Of a stretch of 64,000 nucleotides of DNA, positions 1-10,610 are shown piece by piece; positions within the stretch are counted from its first letter, which is position 1, and every line of letters starts with the position of its first letter. The notes below the pieces were generated by a model that was not told where the DNA came from, ran no database searches, and saw nothing but the letters and a program-made list of their open reading frames with translations. The position numbers and the translations under genes are program-made. This stretch comes from an uncultured virus (IMG/VR IMGVR_UViG_3300044640_001869) (lineage: Duplodnaviria > Heunggongvirae > Uroviricota > Caudoviricetes). The stretch lies in the IMG/VR virus record IMGVR_UViG_3300044640_001869, positions 1 to 64,000 of that record; one strand, written 5' to 3'.

Positions 1-1
1 T

Positions 2-565
2 AATAATATTGGAGCTCACCAACTACATAATCATAACCATATATTATATGACATCTGTAATTCAATTGAACATGATGATGTAACATACTTTGAAATTGGT
101 TCATATGCAGGTGCTTCGGCGTCATTAATGTCAAGTAACCCTAAAGTTAAAAAGTCGTATAGTTTAGATAACGGAGACTCAATCAATAAAGAAGTCCCAA
201 TAAATAATGTTAATAGATTTAAACATAATGATTGTGTTTATGAACATATTGAAGGGGATTCGGCAAATGATGAAATTGTTAAATTAGTTAATGAGAAGGT
301 AAATAATGTTGATATCTTATATATTGACGGAGACCATAGTGAGAGTTACGTTATTAATGATTTTAATAATTATGAAAAAATTGTTAAAAAAAATGGTTAT
401 ATTGTTTTTGATGATTATATGGATAATGTGTATTGTCCTCAAGTCTTCGGGGCGGTTAATGATATTGTTAGAAATTTAAATCCAAATGAATATAAAATAA
501 TAGGTAGTATTCAATATGATTTAAAATATGATAACTGTTATATATTCAACTCACAAAGACTCTGA
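2..565 (+). CDS. Class I SAM-dependent methyltransferase (Methyltransf_24-like), 5'-truncated
   Basis: Frame open from the window start; EIGSYAGAS SAM motif upstream of the ORF-track Met; DILYIDGDHS and IVFDDY motifs. Confidence 0.8.
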   Translation, partial: NNIGAHQLHNHNHILYDICNSIEHDDVTYFEIGSYAGASASLMSSNPKVKKSYSLDNGDSINKEVPINNVNRFKHNDCVYEHIEGDSANDEIVKLVNEKVNNVDILYIDGDHSESYVINDFNNYEKIVKKNGYIVFDDYMDNVYCPQVFGAVNDIVRNLNPNEYKIIGSIQYDLKYDNCYIFNSQRL

Positions 566-2042
566 GTATAATAAAAAATTTAAAAAACATATTTTAGAAT
601 CTATCGGTGTTAAAAATCCTCAGATTTTAGAAGTCGAAAATCGAAATGAATATTCATTGTCGACAGTTTATAATTTAGGGTTAGAAATCTCGGAAAATAA
701 TATTATCGTTTGTTGTCATAATGACATTAAACTTGAGAAAAATTGGGGAAAAAGATTATTAGAGGATTTCAATAGTAATCCCGATTATGGGATTATTGGT
801 AAGGCGGGTAGTTGTTATTTTCCTGAGTCAGGTGTTTATTGGGAAAGGATGAATCAAACAATGGTCGGTCAAGTTTATCATCACCCTGATGGGTCTAAAA
901 AATGGTTAAGTAAATACTCTCCAAAATTACCATTTTTAATTCCAGTAGTAACTATTGATGGTTTATTTATATCGTTTGATAAAACAAAAATTAAACATCA
1001 ATTCGATGAATCAATTGGTAGATTTCATTTCTACGACCATTTATTTTGTTTACCAAATTATTTGTCAGGTGTTAAAATTGGTGTCACATCGTCCTTTGAA
1101 ATAACACATCAATCAGTCGGTCAACCAAATCAAGAATTTTTTCAATCAAAAGAATTATTCCTTAAAAAATATGGTAAAAACCTACCCTTAGAATTAAAAC
1201 CTGAAACTATTTTCGTACCAACAATTAATGAAAAACCATTAAAAAATATTGGTAAAATGGCGGTTATTATACCAACAAAAGGTAAAGTTGATATGTTACT
1301 TAATTGTGTTAATTCTTTTTATCAGTATTGTAATTCTGACTTATTTGATATCTACATTGCTGACACAGGGTCAACTAACGAAGAAAAAGATTGGATTAGA
1401 AATAATATTTTAAATATGGGTAACATCAAATTACTTGAGTTTGATTATTATAATTTTGCCAAAATTAATAATGAAGTGGTTAAAAATCATATTGGTGATG
1501 AATATGAGTTTTTATTGTTTTGTAACAACGATATCAAATTATTAAATAATGTTGTTTATGGTATGTTAAAAACGTTTAAAGAAAAACTTAAAACCGGTAC
1601 AATTGGTTGTCGATTACATTTTGAGGATAATACAGTACAACACGACGGTGTAAGAATATTTTTCAATCAAAAAAATAATAGCTTAGGTTTAACACATTAT
1701 GGGTTAGGTAATTATTTTAATTACACAATTAGTAATAAAAACGGTATCGGGTCAACAGGTGCATTATTGGGTGTTAGAAGAAAATCATTTATAAATGCCG
1801 GAATGTTTAATGAAGATTATAATAATTGTTTTGAAGACGTTGAATTAAATTTAAAATTAATAATTTTAGGTTTTGAAAATGTTTTTGACGGTTCTTTAGT
1901 TGCATATCATTACGAAAGTCAGACAAGAAAAGAATTAAGTAATCATAATGAAACTATGGGTAAAGACTTAAATAATACGTTATTACCTTTTATTTATAAA
2001 AACAATAAATATTTTAAACAATTTATTGACGTTGTACAATAA
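528..2042 (+). CDS. Two-domain GT-A/GT2 glycosyltransferase
   Basis: N-domain CHNDI, TIDGLF, FHFYD; C-domain IIPTKG, IADTGS, NNDI, FEDVELNL, YHYES. Confidence 0.85.
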   Translation: MITVIYSTHKDSEYNKKFKKHILESIGVKNPQILEVENRNEYSLSTVYNLGLEISENNIIVCCHNDIKLEKNWGKRLLEDFNSNPDYGIIGKAGSCYFPESGVYWERMNQTMVGQVYHHPDGSKKWLSKYSPKLPFLIPVVTIDGLFISFDKTKIKHQFDESIGRFHFYDHLFCLPNYLSGVKIGVTSSFEITHQSVGQPNQEFFQSKELFLKKYGKNLPLELKPETIFVPTINEKPLKNIGKMAVIIPTKGKVDMLLNCVNSFYQYCNSDLFDIYIADTGSTNEEKDWIRNNILNMGNIKLLEFDYYNFAKINNEVVKNHIGDEYEFLLFCNNDIKLLNNVVYGMLKTFKEKLKTGTIGCRLHFEDNTVQHDGVRIFFNQKNNSLGLTHYGLGNYFNYTISNKNGIGSTGALLGVRRKSFINAGMFNEDYNNCFEDVELNLKLIILGFENVFDGSLVAYHYESQTRKELSNHNETMGKDLNNTLLPFIYKNNKYFKQFIDVVQ

Positions 2043-2126
2043 TAAATAAGAATCAAAAATTGATGAATTTAAATAGTTATTGTATTTTTAATATATTAAC
2101 TATTTATTGTTATAAAAAAAAATTAT

Positions 2127-2900
2127 ATGGGTAGAGGTAGAAAACCAATTACAACCCCAACATCTGAGGTTGAGAAATTACCAACAAAAGTTTTAGTAGT
2201 TGATAAAAAAGAATTTGATACTGCTAAACTTTTAGACCACATCAGTGTGAGAGTCCAATGTAAAAACGAGACTCAAAAAAAATTAATCAAAACTATTAAG
2301 GAAAAAGAAATTACAATCGTCTCAGGTTTACCTGGAACGGGTAAGACTTTCTTAGCGTGTGCTGAAGCTCTTAAAATGGTTAAAAATCACGAATTTAAAC
2401 AAATCATTTTAGTTAAGTCAGTAACACAATTAAAAGGTGAAGAAACAGGTTTCTTACCCGGTGATATTAAAGAAAAGTTAGAACCATTTATGATTTCATT
2501 TATTGATAACTTTGAGAAAATTGTTGGTGAAGAAATTACTAATAAGTTAAGGGAATCCGGTATTATAAAAATACAACCATTAGCTTTTATTAGGGGACGT
2601 TCAATTGATAATTCAATTATCATTGCGGATGAGTGTCAAAATATAACATTAGAAAATATGAAGACATTACTAACTAGAATTGGTGATAATTCTAAAATGG
2701 TAATTCTTGGTGATACAAAACAAAAAGACATCAGAAATAAAAAAGAATCTTCATTAGAAATTGTCTATAAAATGTTTGAAGACGAGTCTGAGTTTGGTTG
2801 TGTTTCATTAAATAATCCTGATGAAATTGTAAGAAACAAGATTATAAAAATCATCGAACAAAAATTCGACGATTACGAAGAAAATAAAGGTAAATTATAA
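2127..2900 (+). CDS. phoH: PhoH-family ATPase
   Basis: Walker A GLPGTGKT, GFLPGD, RGRS, DECQN, TRIG, GDTKQ. Confidence 0.93.
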   Translation: MGRGRKPITTPTSEVEKLPTKVLVVDKKEFDTAKLLDHISVRVQCKNETQKKLIKTIKEKEITIVSGLPGTGKTFLACAEALKMVKNHEFKQIILVKSVTQLKGEETGFLPGDIKEKLEPFMISFIDNFEKIVGEEITNKLRESGIIKIQPLAFIRGRSIDNSIIIADECQNITLENMKTLLTRIGDNSKMVILGDTKQKDIRNKKESSLEIVYKMFEDESEFGCVSLNNPDEIVRNKIIKIIEQKFDDYEENKGKL

Positions 2901-2939
2901 TATTGTTTACAAATTTAATATTCTAAATATATTGGTATT

Positions 2940-3557
2940 ATGGAAAAGCCAAAATTTAGAATCGGATTTGATATTAATGGTGTTTTAAGAAATACCATTG
3001 GTAAAATAGAACAAACCTATGAGAAATATTATTTATCAAAAACCGACGGTATTGACGATGATGAAAGTTTCGAATATGAAATGAATTTACCGGTAACTTC
3101 GTTAGAGTTAAAAGAACATTTTAAATTTAAAAACGATGAAGAACTTTATTCTTTTTTGTATGAAGAATTTGCTATGGAAATTTTTGGACATGCACAATCT
3201 ACTGAATATTCAACATTTAATGATTTACACAATTTATATTTAACATATCGGGACAATAATGATTTAGTTATTGTTTCTGATGAAATTGGTAAATCAAAAC
3301 CGGCAACACTATTTTTCCTATCTAAGTTTATTTGTCAGATTGAAAAAATAAAATTCTATAGTAATATAACAATAAATTCAATGTGGGATGAGATAGATGT
3401 TTTACTTACGTCTAATCCTATATTATTATTAGATAAACCTTCAGATAAGATTGTGGTTAAGTATGAGACAGAATATAACAAAAATGTTGATTGTGAACAT
3501 ACCGTTAAAACATTAAACGAGTTTGATGATAAATTAAAACAACTATTAAAATGTTAA
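2940..3557 (+). CDS. HAD-like / 5'(3')-deoxyribonucleotidase-like protein
   Basis: N-terminal IGFDINGVL resembles HAD motif I. Confidence 0.55.
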   Translation: MEKPKFRIGFDINGVLRNTIGKIEQTYEKYYLSKTDGIDDDESFEYEMNLPVTSLELKEHFKFKNDEELYSFLYEEFAMEIFGHAQSTEYSTFNDLHNLYLTYRDNNDLVIVSDEIGKSKPATLFFLSKFICQIEKIKFYSNITINSMWDEIDVLLTSNPILLLDKPSDKIVVKYETEYNKNVDCEHTVKTLNEFDDKLKQLLKC

Positions 3558-3811
3558 AAGTATTAAATGAACATTATTATTTAGATGTTGACAGATTGGA
3601 AGAATGTGTTAACATTGAAAAATCATCGTCAACAGGTGAAACACAAGTTAACTTAGTTAAATATGAAATGTATAAAACTATGGTTGAAATTCTTGTGACA
3701 GAAAGTGATGAGGTTGACGAAACATTAGGAGCTAAAAGTTCTGAATTATCTATCCCTTTTAAACTCGCGTTTAATACGCTAATAAATAAAAAAATAATAA
3801 ATAAGTACTAG
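3551..3811 (+). CDS. Hypothetical protein
   Basis: ORF coupled to neighbours. Confidence 0.7.
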   Translation: MLKVLNEHYYLDVDRLEECVNIEKSSSTGETQVNLVKYEMYKTMVEILVTESDEVDETLGAKSSELSIPFKLAFNTLINKKIINKY

Positions 3812-3812
3812 T

Positions 3813-4874
3813 ATGAATCAAGAACAAATTTCAAAGGTCGAACAATCTATTGAAAACTTAAAAAACAAAACATCTAAAATTTATTTTATTGTACAAGACA
3901 CTAAAGGAAATGCTAAAGCATCTGTTGAGTACATATATAATTTTGCTTTAGCATTACAAGAAAATGATTACAACCCCGTTATTTTACACGAAAAATCGGA
4001 TTATTTAGGTGTATCATCTTGGTTAGGTAATAAGTATGAATCATTACCTCATCAACCAATTGAAGGTGGTACTTTACAAGTCGCACCTGATGATTTCATT
4101 GTGGTTCCTGAATTATTTGGTTTTGTTATGGAACAAATTAAACAATTACCATGCGGTAAAATTGTATTATCACAAGCGTATGATAATATCTTAGAAACTT
4201 TAAAACCAGGTGAGACTTGGGCTCAATTTGGGTTTTTAAAATGTATTACTACGTCAGAAGAACAAAAAGAATACATTCAACAAATTATGAAAAATGTTTC
4301 TTTTGATATTTTAAAACCATTTATTTCTGATGAATTTAAACCTAATTCATTACCGGCAAAACCAATTGTATCGGTTCATTCTAGAGACCAAAGAGATACT
4401 GTTAATTTAATTAAAACATTTTATGTTAAATATCCACAATATAGATGGATAACATTACGAGATTTAAGAGGTTTATCTAAAGATGAATTTGCTGAGAAAT
4501 TAAGTGAAGGGTTTGTTTCTGTTTGGATTGATGAAACAAGTTCATATGGCACATATCCACTAGAATCATTGAAGTCAAATGTTCCTGTAATTGGTTTAGT
4601 ACCTAATATATTACCATCGTGGATTAATGAAAATAACGGTATTTGGGTTAACAATAAAACACATTTAGTTGATGTAATTGCTGACCATTTACAAAATTGG
4701 TTAGAAGACAACATTAGTGATGAATTATTCACTAATATGAATGAAACAGTTAATTCTTTACAATCTAAAGAAGATTTTAATAAACAATCGGTTTCTTTAT
4801 TTGATGAATATTTTTCTATTAGATTAAAATCATTTGAAGACCAAATCTCTAAACTACAAACAATAGAAGAATAA
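3813..4874 (+). CDS. GT-B-like glycosyltransferase
   Basis: FIVVPE and SYGTYPLESLKSNVPVIG (GT4-like E motif). Confidence 0.6.
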   Translation: MNQEQISKVEQSIENLKNKTSKIYFIVQDTKGNAKASVEYIYNFALALQENDYNPVILHEKSDYLGVSSWLGNKYESLPHQPIEGGTLQVAPDDFIVVPELFGFVMEQIKQLPCGKIVLSQAYDNILETLKPGETWAQFGFLKCITTSEEQKEYIQQIMKNVSFDILKPFISDEFKPNSLPAKPIVSVHSRDQRDTVNLIKTFYVKYPQYRWITLRDLRGLSKDEFAEKLSEGFVSVWIDETSSYGTYPLESLKSNVPVIGLVPNILPSWINENNGIWVNNKTHLVDVIADHLQNWLEDNISDELFTNMNETVNSLQSKEDFNKQSVSLFDEYFSIRLKSFEDQISKLQTIEE

Positions 4875-4875
4875 T

Positions 4876-5679
4876 ATGGAAAAATTTGATGTATCAGTAA
4901 TCTTACCTATTAAATCGTCAAAAAATCTTAATTTTGATGAATACTTTAATAAGGCAATTCAATCAATTAAAAATCAAAAATTAGGAATCAATGAATTGAT
5001 TATAGTTCATACAAATGAAACGTCATTAGTTGAATATTTAAACTCATTTGATTTTGGTGATATTAAAGTTGAGAAAGTAGAATGGACTAAAGAACCCAAT
5101 TACGCATCACAAATTAACTACGGTGCTCGTTCAGCAAATTCTAAATGGGTTTCTTTATTCGAATTTGATGATGAGTATTCATCAATTTGGTTTAAAAATG
5201 TTGCAAAATATGTTGAATCATATCCTGAGTATGATGCGTTTTTACCAATAGTTGTTGATACTACAGATAAAGAAATATTTGCGGGGTTTACAAATGAGGC
5301 AACATTTGCAGCTAACTTCAGTAGTGAAATGGGAGTATTAACTAACGAAACGTTACAGTCATATCAGAACTTTCAACCATCAGGTATTGTTATTAAAAAA
5401 GATAAATTTCTTGATTTTGGTTTAATTAAACCTTCAATCAAATTAACGTTTGGTTATGAATTTTTCTTACGTATGACATATAACTCAGTTAAAATTATGT
5501 CAATTCCAAGAATAGGATACAAACACACAAATTTACGTGAGGGGTCTATCTTTTGGAATTACAAAAATGGTGAGAATGTGTTAACTGATGATGAGGTTAG
5601 TTTTTGGGTTGATTCGGCTAAGAAAGAATATTTCTTCATTAATGACAGAGCCATAAAATATGAACCCCAAGAAATTTAA
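4876..5679 (+). CDS. GT2-like glycosyltransferase
   Basis: VSVILPI, SIKNQ, INYG, FEFDDEY. Confidence 0.7.
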   Translation: MEKFDVSVILPIKSSKNLNFDEYFNKAIQSIKNQKLGINELIIVHTNETSLVEYLNSFDFGDIKVEKVEWTKEPNYASQINYGARSANSKWVSLFEFDDEYSSIWFKNVAKYVESYPEYDAFLPIVVDTTDKEIFAGFTNEATFAANFSSEMGVLTNETLQSYQNFQPSGIVIKKDKFLDFGLIKPSIKLTFGYEFFLRMTYNSVKIMSIPRIGYKHTNLREGSIFWNYKNGENVLTDDEVSFWVDSAKKEYFFINDRAIKYEPQEI

Positions 5680-6425
5680 TGAGTACTAATGAAGTAGTAA
5701 ATGAAACAAGTACGGAGTTAAAAAAGAAAGGTAGAAAACCAACACAAGAAAATTATTTTGATGTTAGAGAGGAGTTAGCGGTTATAAATTATTTAACCGC
5801 TTCTTCATTTGAAGAAAAGAATAAAATTTACAATGACTTTTTACGTAAACCTTTAGATAAGATGATATCTTCAATTATTCGAAGATATAAATTATATAGA
5901 AAAGATATGGATTTCTATGAAATACATATAGACACACACTCCTTTTTAATGACCAAAATAGATAAGTTCAAACCTTCAAAAGAAAAGAAGGCATATTCTT
6001 ATTTTGGAACTATCTGTAAAAATTATTTGATGGGTCAAATAATTAAAGACCAAAAAGAGACTAATCGAAAAATTTCATATGAAGATATATCGTATGATTT
6101 AGAAAATAGTAATGATTTTGCGTATCATATTGAAAGTGATGTGATTGATGCCACAACAATAATAAATCAATTTTTAATTGAGTTAGACGAATTTTTAAAG
6201 TCACCTAATTTATCTGAAAATGAAATTAAATTAGGACACGCACTATATGATTTATTTGATAATTATAATGAAGTTTTTATCGGTAATGATAACAATAAAT
6301 TTAATAAAAATATTGTGTTACTATCGTTAAGAGAGATGACAAATTTATCAACAAAAGAAATAAGAAGTTCTATGAAAAAGTTCAAGAACATATATTATTG
6401 CTTAATACAGAAAATGGTTAAATAA
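5679..6425 (+). CDS. Phage late sigma factor (T4 gp55-like)
   Basis: KFKPSKEKKAYSYFGTICKNYL resembles gp55/sigma region 2. Confidence 0.7.
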   Translation: MSTNEVVNETSTELKKKGRKPTQENYFDVREELAVINYLTASSFEEKNKIYNDFLRKPLDKMISSIIRRYKLYRKDMDFYEIHIDTHSFLMTKIDKFKPSKEKKAYSYFGTICKNYLMGQIIKDQKETNRKISYEDISYDLENSNDFAYHIESDVIDATTIINQFLIELDEFLKSPNLSENEIKLGHALYDLFDNYNEVFIGNDNNKFNKNIVLLSLREMTNLSTKEIRSSMKKFKNIYYCLIQKMVK

Positions 6426-6439
6426 GTATTTATGTTATT

Positions 6440-6817
6440 ATGGGAAGACCGGCAAAAAAAGAAATTAATTTAACTAAAGAATCTATCTTATCGTTAATGC
6501 AAGAAATCTACAATGAACTTGTGGAACAAAGAAATACTGCAATCAGAATACAAAATAAAATGTTGTCCTTAATGAAGGAGGTTGAGGATATGACTTTGAT
6601 TGGTCCTATTATTGAAAAACAACAAAAAATCATAAATGAATGTGTCGAGAAAAAACTTTCTCTATCTAAATTACAATCAAGTATTTGGGAAAAAACTAAT
6701 ACAACAACAAACAATGACAATTTTACACTATCAGATATTGATTTAGATGATGATGTTATTAAAAGTTTGATTGATAAAGATACTGACACATCAAAGGGTT
6801 CTTATAAATTAAAATAA
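6440..6817 (+). CDS. Hypothetical coiled-coil protein
   Basis: ORF preceded by TATTTAT (6427-6433). Confidence 0.7.
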   Translation: MGRPAKKEINLTKESILSLMQEIYNELVEQRNTAIRIQNKMLSLMKEVEDMTLIGPIIEKQQKIINECVEKKLSLSKLQSSIWEKTNTTTNNDNFTLSDIDLDDDVIKSLIDKDTDTSKGSYKLK

Positions 6818-6818
6818 T

Positions 6819-8750
6819 ATGGGGTTAGATTTAGATAGTAGTTATAAAGAAGTTAAAGATAAAATTAATTCGGCTAAAGCGTATACTGATTTAAAAAGTC
6901 AATATGATTCCTTAAAGAAAAGTGCGGGTAATTCATTTGATGAACGTAAAGATTTAGCGGAACAAAAAATCAATGATTTAAAGGCGAATGCTAAAAAGTA
7001 TCAAAAAGAATTAAAAAATCAATTCGAACAATTGCTTGATATTAAAAAAGTTCTTTCGGGTAAAGGTGGTAGTACCACAAAATATTTAAAAAGACTTTTA
7101 ATGAGGACTCTACGTAAAGTGGAGCCAAAAATTGCTAACATATTAATGGCGGAATGTTTATCGGTTGTTGGTTGTGACCAACAACAAGCGTTCTCACCAC
7201 AAGTGTTATATATTAAAGTTAGTTCAATTGACTTAGGTAAATTATTAAGAAAAGATTATCAAACAAGTCCGGGTAAAGCGTTGTATGAAAAACAACCATT
7301 AAGTGCAACACAATCGTATCCATATCCAATGAATAAACAATTATACCAACGTATCCAAAGTAACGACCCATATTCAACAGATAATGGGGGTTCATTATAT
7401 ATGGGTAGGTCAGGTCAACCATTATTTGACATTGAGTATACTGAAGTAAATGATTTGGGTGAAACAGGTAGTTTTTATAAAGTAACTTTACAACAAAGGG
7501 TTACGTTGAACCGTTTAAATAATGTCGGAGAATTTATTCAAGATTATTATAAAACAATTAAAGTTGTTGATTTTAATTCAACATTAGCGTGGATTTTAGA
7601 ATGTTTGTTAGGTGCAATCTCAATTCAAGGGGATGTTGGTCTTAAACAAGTTGAAGATGTTAGTAAAGTAATGGCTATAATTCAAAGAATCTTAGGTATC
7701 TGTTTTGACAATAGAAAAACTATTGATGTTAGTGGTGTTGCTAAATTATCTGAAATTGACGATACTGATAATTCATTTTACGAATTAAATAGTATGGATT
7801 TACGTAAGATAGAAGAAAGAGTTAGTAATATTAAGAATGGTGTAGTTAAATTTGTAACCTGTAATAATGTTGCATTACCATTAGATACTAATACAATCTT
7901 TGAAGCGTTAGATAATATCACATTTATTGAGGATGAGGATAAACAAATTGATGCTGCGGATAAACTGACTGACGATATTGTAAATAACCCTGATTGGAAT
8001 GGGTTTGCTCTTGACGGTAGTTTAAAAGCCGAATTAGATTTGAACTTCATAAAAAATATGATAATGGGATTGGCAATATCTTTATTCTCACCCAAAATTT
8101 TATTACCGTTAGCCGTAATGTTAAAAGCGTTAGGTAACACAATTTTAGAATCAATTAAATCTTTTTCAGATTTTGTTAAAAGATTTTCCACATTTTTTAA
8201 AAATGTTGTATCTAAAATTGCCGGAATTTTTATTAAAGAATTATTTAAAGAAATTAAAAAAGATATTCGTAATTTAATACAATCAATTTTAGTTGATTTA
8301 GCAAAAGAAAAAGCATCTAAAAAAATTACTCTAATTTTAAAATTGATTCAGTTATTAATAACTATTGGTCAGTTTATTAGTGATTGGAGAGAATGTAAAA
8401 GTGTGGTTGATGAAATATTATGGTTACTCAAGATAGCCACTTCGTCTTGGGGAGGGTTATCCGCACAAAATGATATTCCATTACCACTATTGTTTGCCGC
8501 CCAATTATTAGATGGGTTCTCAGAAACTAGAGCATTTATTAATACAATTCAGGAGTTACAAAAAGTGGGTATACCAACTGGCCCTATGCCGGATGGTAGT
8601 CCTAATTTAACAGTGTTGAGTATGTATTCGTCAATAAAAGGACAAGGTTCTGAAATGTCAAACTCAAAAATACAAGTGGCGATACCACCATTAACGATGA
8701 CACCGGCTGGATTTACAATACCTTCGGCAGGGTATGGACTTTCAATGTAA
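6819..8750 (+). CDS. Hypothetical, probably virion (baseplate-region) protein
   Basis: 643-aa ORF in late operon upstream of the gp5-like gene. Confidence 0.55.
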   Translation: MGLDLDSSYKEVKDKINSAKAYTDLKSQYDSLKKSAGNSFDERKDLAEQKINDLKANAKKYQKELKNQFEQLLDIKKVLSGKGGSTTKYLKRLLMRTLRKVEPKIANILMAECLSVVGCDQQQAFSPQVLYIKVSSIDLGKLLRKDYQTSPGKALYEKQPLSATQSYPYPMNKQLYQRIQSNDPYSTDNGGSLYMGRSGQPLFDIEYTEVNDLGETGSFYKVTLQQRVTLNRLNNVGEFIQDYYKTIKVVDFNSTLAWILECLLGAISIQGDVGLKQVEDVSKVMAIIQRILGICFDNRKTIDVSGVAKLSEIDDTDNSFYELNSMDLRKIEERVSNIKNGVVKFVTCNNVALPLDTNTIFEALDNITFIEDEDKQIDAADKLTDDIVNNPDWNGFALDGSLKAELDLNFIKNMIMGLAISLFSPKILLPLAVMLKALGNTILESIKSFSDFVKRFSTFFKNVVSKIAGIFIKELFKEIKKDIRNLIQSILVDLAKEKASKKITLILKLIQLLITIGQFISDWRECKSVVDEILWLLKIATSSWGGLSAQNDIPLPLLFAAQLLDGFSETRAFINTIQELQKVGIPTGPMPDGSPNLTVLSMYSSIKGQGSEMSNSKIQVAIPPLTMTPAGFTIPSAGYGLSM

Positions 8751-8758
8751 ACAAAATT

Positions 8759-8977
8759 ATGACTAAAGAAGATGTTGCAAAAAAAACAATTGATGTTATA
8801 AATAACCCCTCAAATTCGTCTAATAGTGATTTACAAATGGCTATGGATGTAATTCAAAAAGATTTTGAAACAGTTAAAAATGATATTATAAAATTAACTT
8901 ATCATTTGGATAGTTTAGAAGAGACTTATAATAAAATATTAAAAGAATATAACACAAGAAATGGGGTCAGAAAATAA
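8759..8977 (+). CDS. Hypothetical protein
   Basis: Short coiled-coil ORF in operon. Confidence 0.65.
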   Translation: MTKEDVAKKTIDVINNPSNSSNSDLQMAMDVIQKDFETVKNDIIKLTYHLDSLEETYNKILKEYNTRNGVRK

Positions 8978-10589
8978 TTCATCACAAAATCAAATAATGT
9001 TCCCTGGGTTTGTTTACAAAAACGATGACCCAATGGTTTTGGGTAGACTTAGAGTTTTACCTGAAGGTAAAAAATATGAAGATATGATTCGTGCTATTAC
9101 CGATTGGAATGAAGAAATTGACCCTTGGACTTCAAAAGACCCAATTTTACATTTACCTTTATTACCGTTTTTTATAAGTGTAAACCCTAAACCTAATGAG
9201 TACGTTCATATTATTTATCAGAATAAAGATTTCCCAACTCAAAACCAATTTTATATTCCGGGTGTATTGTCATCACCAATGGCTTCAACATTTGAAAATT
9301 ATGTTGGGAGTAAAAAGTTTTTGTCTTGGGGTGACCGTATTAAACAAACATTATCTTTAAAGGATAATAAGAATGAATATCGTAAAAAGGAAAGTGAAGG
9401 TATATTCCCACAACCTGAAGATAATGCGATGTTGGGTAGAGGAACTTCTGATTTAATATTAAAAGATAATGAAGTTTTATTACGTGCTGGAAAAGTTAAA
9501 AATTTAAACCCAAATGTTTTACCTGTCGGTAATCCTAATCGGGCTTTTTTACAATTAAGTAGATTTGAGCAGAAGAAAATTCAACTACCTAGTGAAACAC
9601 AGGGTAGGGTGAAAACTGAAGTTCAAGTTGTTAAAAAAGCGATTATTTGGAATATTCTAAATTTAGATAATGAACAAGATTCATTCACAGGTGATGTGGG
9701 ATTATATAACGTTAAACCATCAAAAAATGTTAACACATTTAATTTTACCATTGATAGTATTTTGACGTTATCAAATGGTGTTGATTATTCAGGACCAATA
9801 GAAACTGTAAGGTTTGTTGGTAAAACATATCAAGAAACGATTAGTTTAATTAATGATTTTATTAAAGGTGTTATTAATGAATTTACCAATTATAAATTAC
9901 CGGTAAATAACAAAAAAAATGCTGCTCCCGAAACTACATTCCCTTTAATTGTAACCCCATCAAAGACAACTTTTCGGGAATCTCAAAAATTTAAATCTTT
10001 TCAAAACCCGAATAACACTCTTGACATTAATGGACTTAAAACTGATTCGACAGTTGTTACTAACTATACCAAATTTATGGCCGGTATAACACCAGGATTT
10101 TTAAGTACAAAACGAGGGTTTTTTACTGTCTATGGTGTTAAAGATGGAACACCAATTGTAACCCCACCAATAAAACCATTATTTGAAGTTGTTAATCTTT
10201 TTAAATTTAGTCAAACTGAAGATGTTACATACGCAACTTTAGGTGCTCAAAAATTATATTTACTTTCTCACGACTCAGATGGACCTAATGGTAAGATATC
10301 ATTATCCAATACTTTATACGGTATCCCACAAGATATGTTTGTGGGTGGATTAGGTAAATCGGGAACTAAAGATAGTATTAACTCCAAAACTTACCCTATG
10401 GTAAGGGGTGATAAGTTGATGGAATTGTTAACAAAAATTGTGGAATTCTTAGCAGGACACGTTCATTCAATCTCAACATTACCCCCTGTTCCAATATCAT
10501 CAGGTAGTGGACAATCTATTGATGAGATATTTCAAATACTTGCTGACGCAGAAAATCAAGTTCTTAATCAAAATATTAGATTAAATTGA
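8961..10589 (+). CDS. Baseplate hub/spike protein (gp5/VgrG-like)
   Basis: N-terminal DDPMVLGRLRV (gp5 OB-fold-like); C-terminal GHVH. Confidence 0.6.
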   Translation: MGSENNSSQNQIMFPGFVYKNDDPMVLGRLRVLPEGKKYEDMIRAITDWNEEIDPWTSKDPILHLPLLPFFISVNPKPNEYVHIIYQNKDFPTQNQFYIPGVLSSPMASTFENYVGSKKFLSWGDRIKQTLSLKDNKNEYRKKESEGIFPQPEDNAMLGRGTSDLILKDNEVLLRAGKVKNLNPNVLPVGNPNRAFLQLSRFEQKKIQLPSETQGRVKTEVQVVKKAIIWNILNLDNEQDSFTGDVGLYNVKPSKNVNTFNFTIDSILTLSNGVDYSGPIETVRFVGKTYQETISLINDFIKGVINEFTNYKLPVNNKKNAAPETTFPLIVTPSKTTFRESQKFKSFQNPNNTLDINGLKTDSTVVTNYTKFMAGITPGFLSTKRGFFTVYGVKDGTPIVTPPIKPLFEVVNLFKFSQTEDVTYATLGAQKLYLLSHDSDGPNGKISLSNTLYGIPQDMFVGGLGKSGTKDSINSKTYPMVRGDKLMELLTKIVEFLAGHVHSISTLPPVPISSGSGQSIDEIFQILADAENQVLNQNIRLN

Positions 10590-10610
10590 TATTTATATGT
10601 AAAAGATAAG

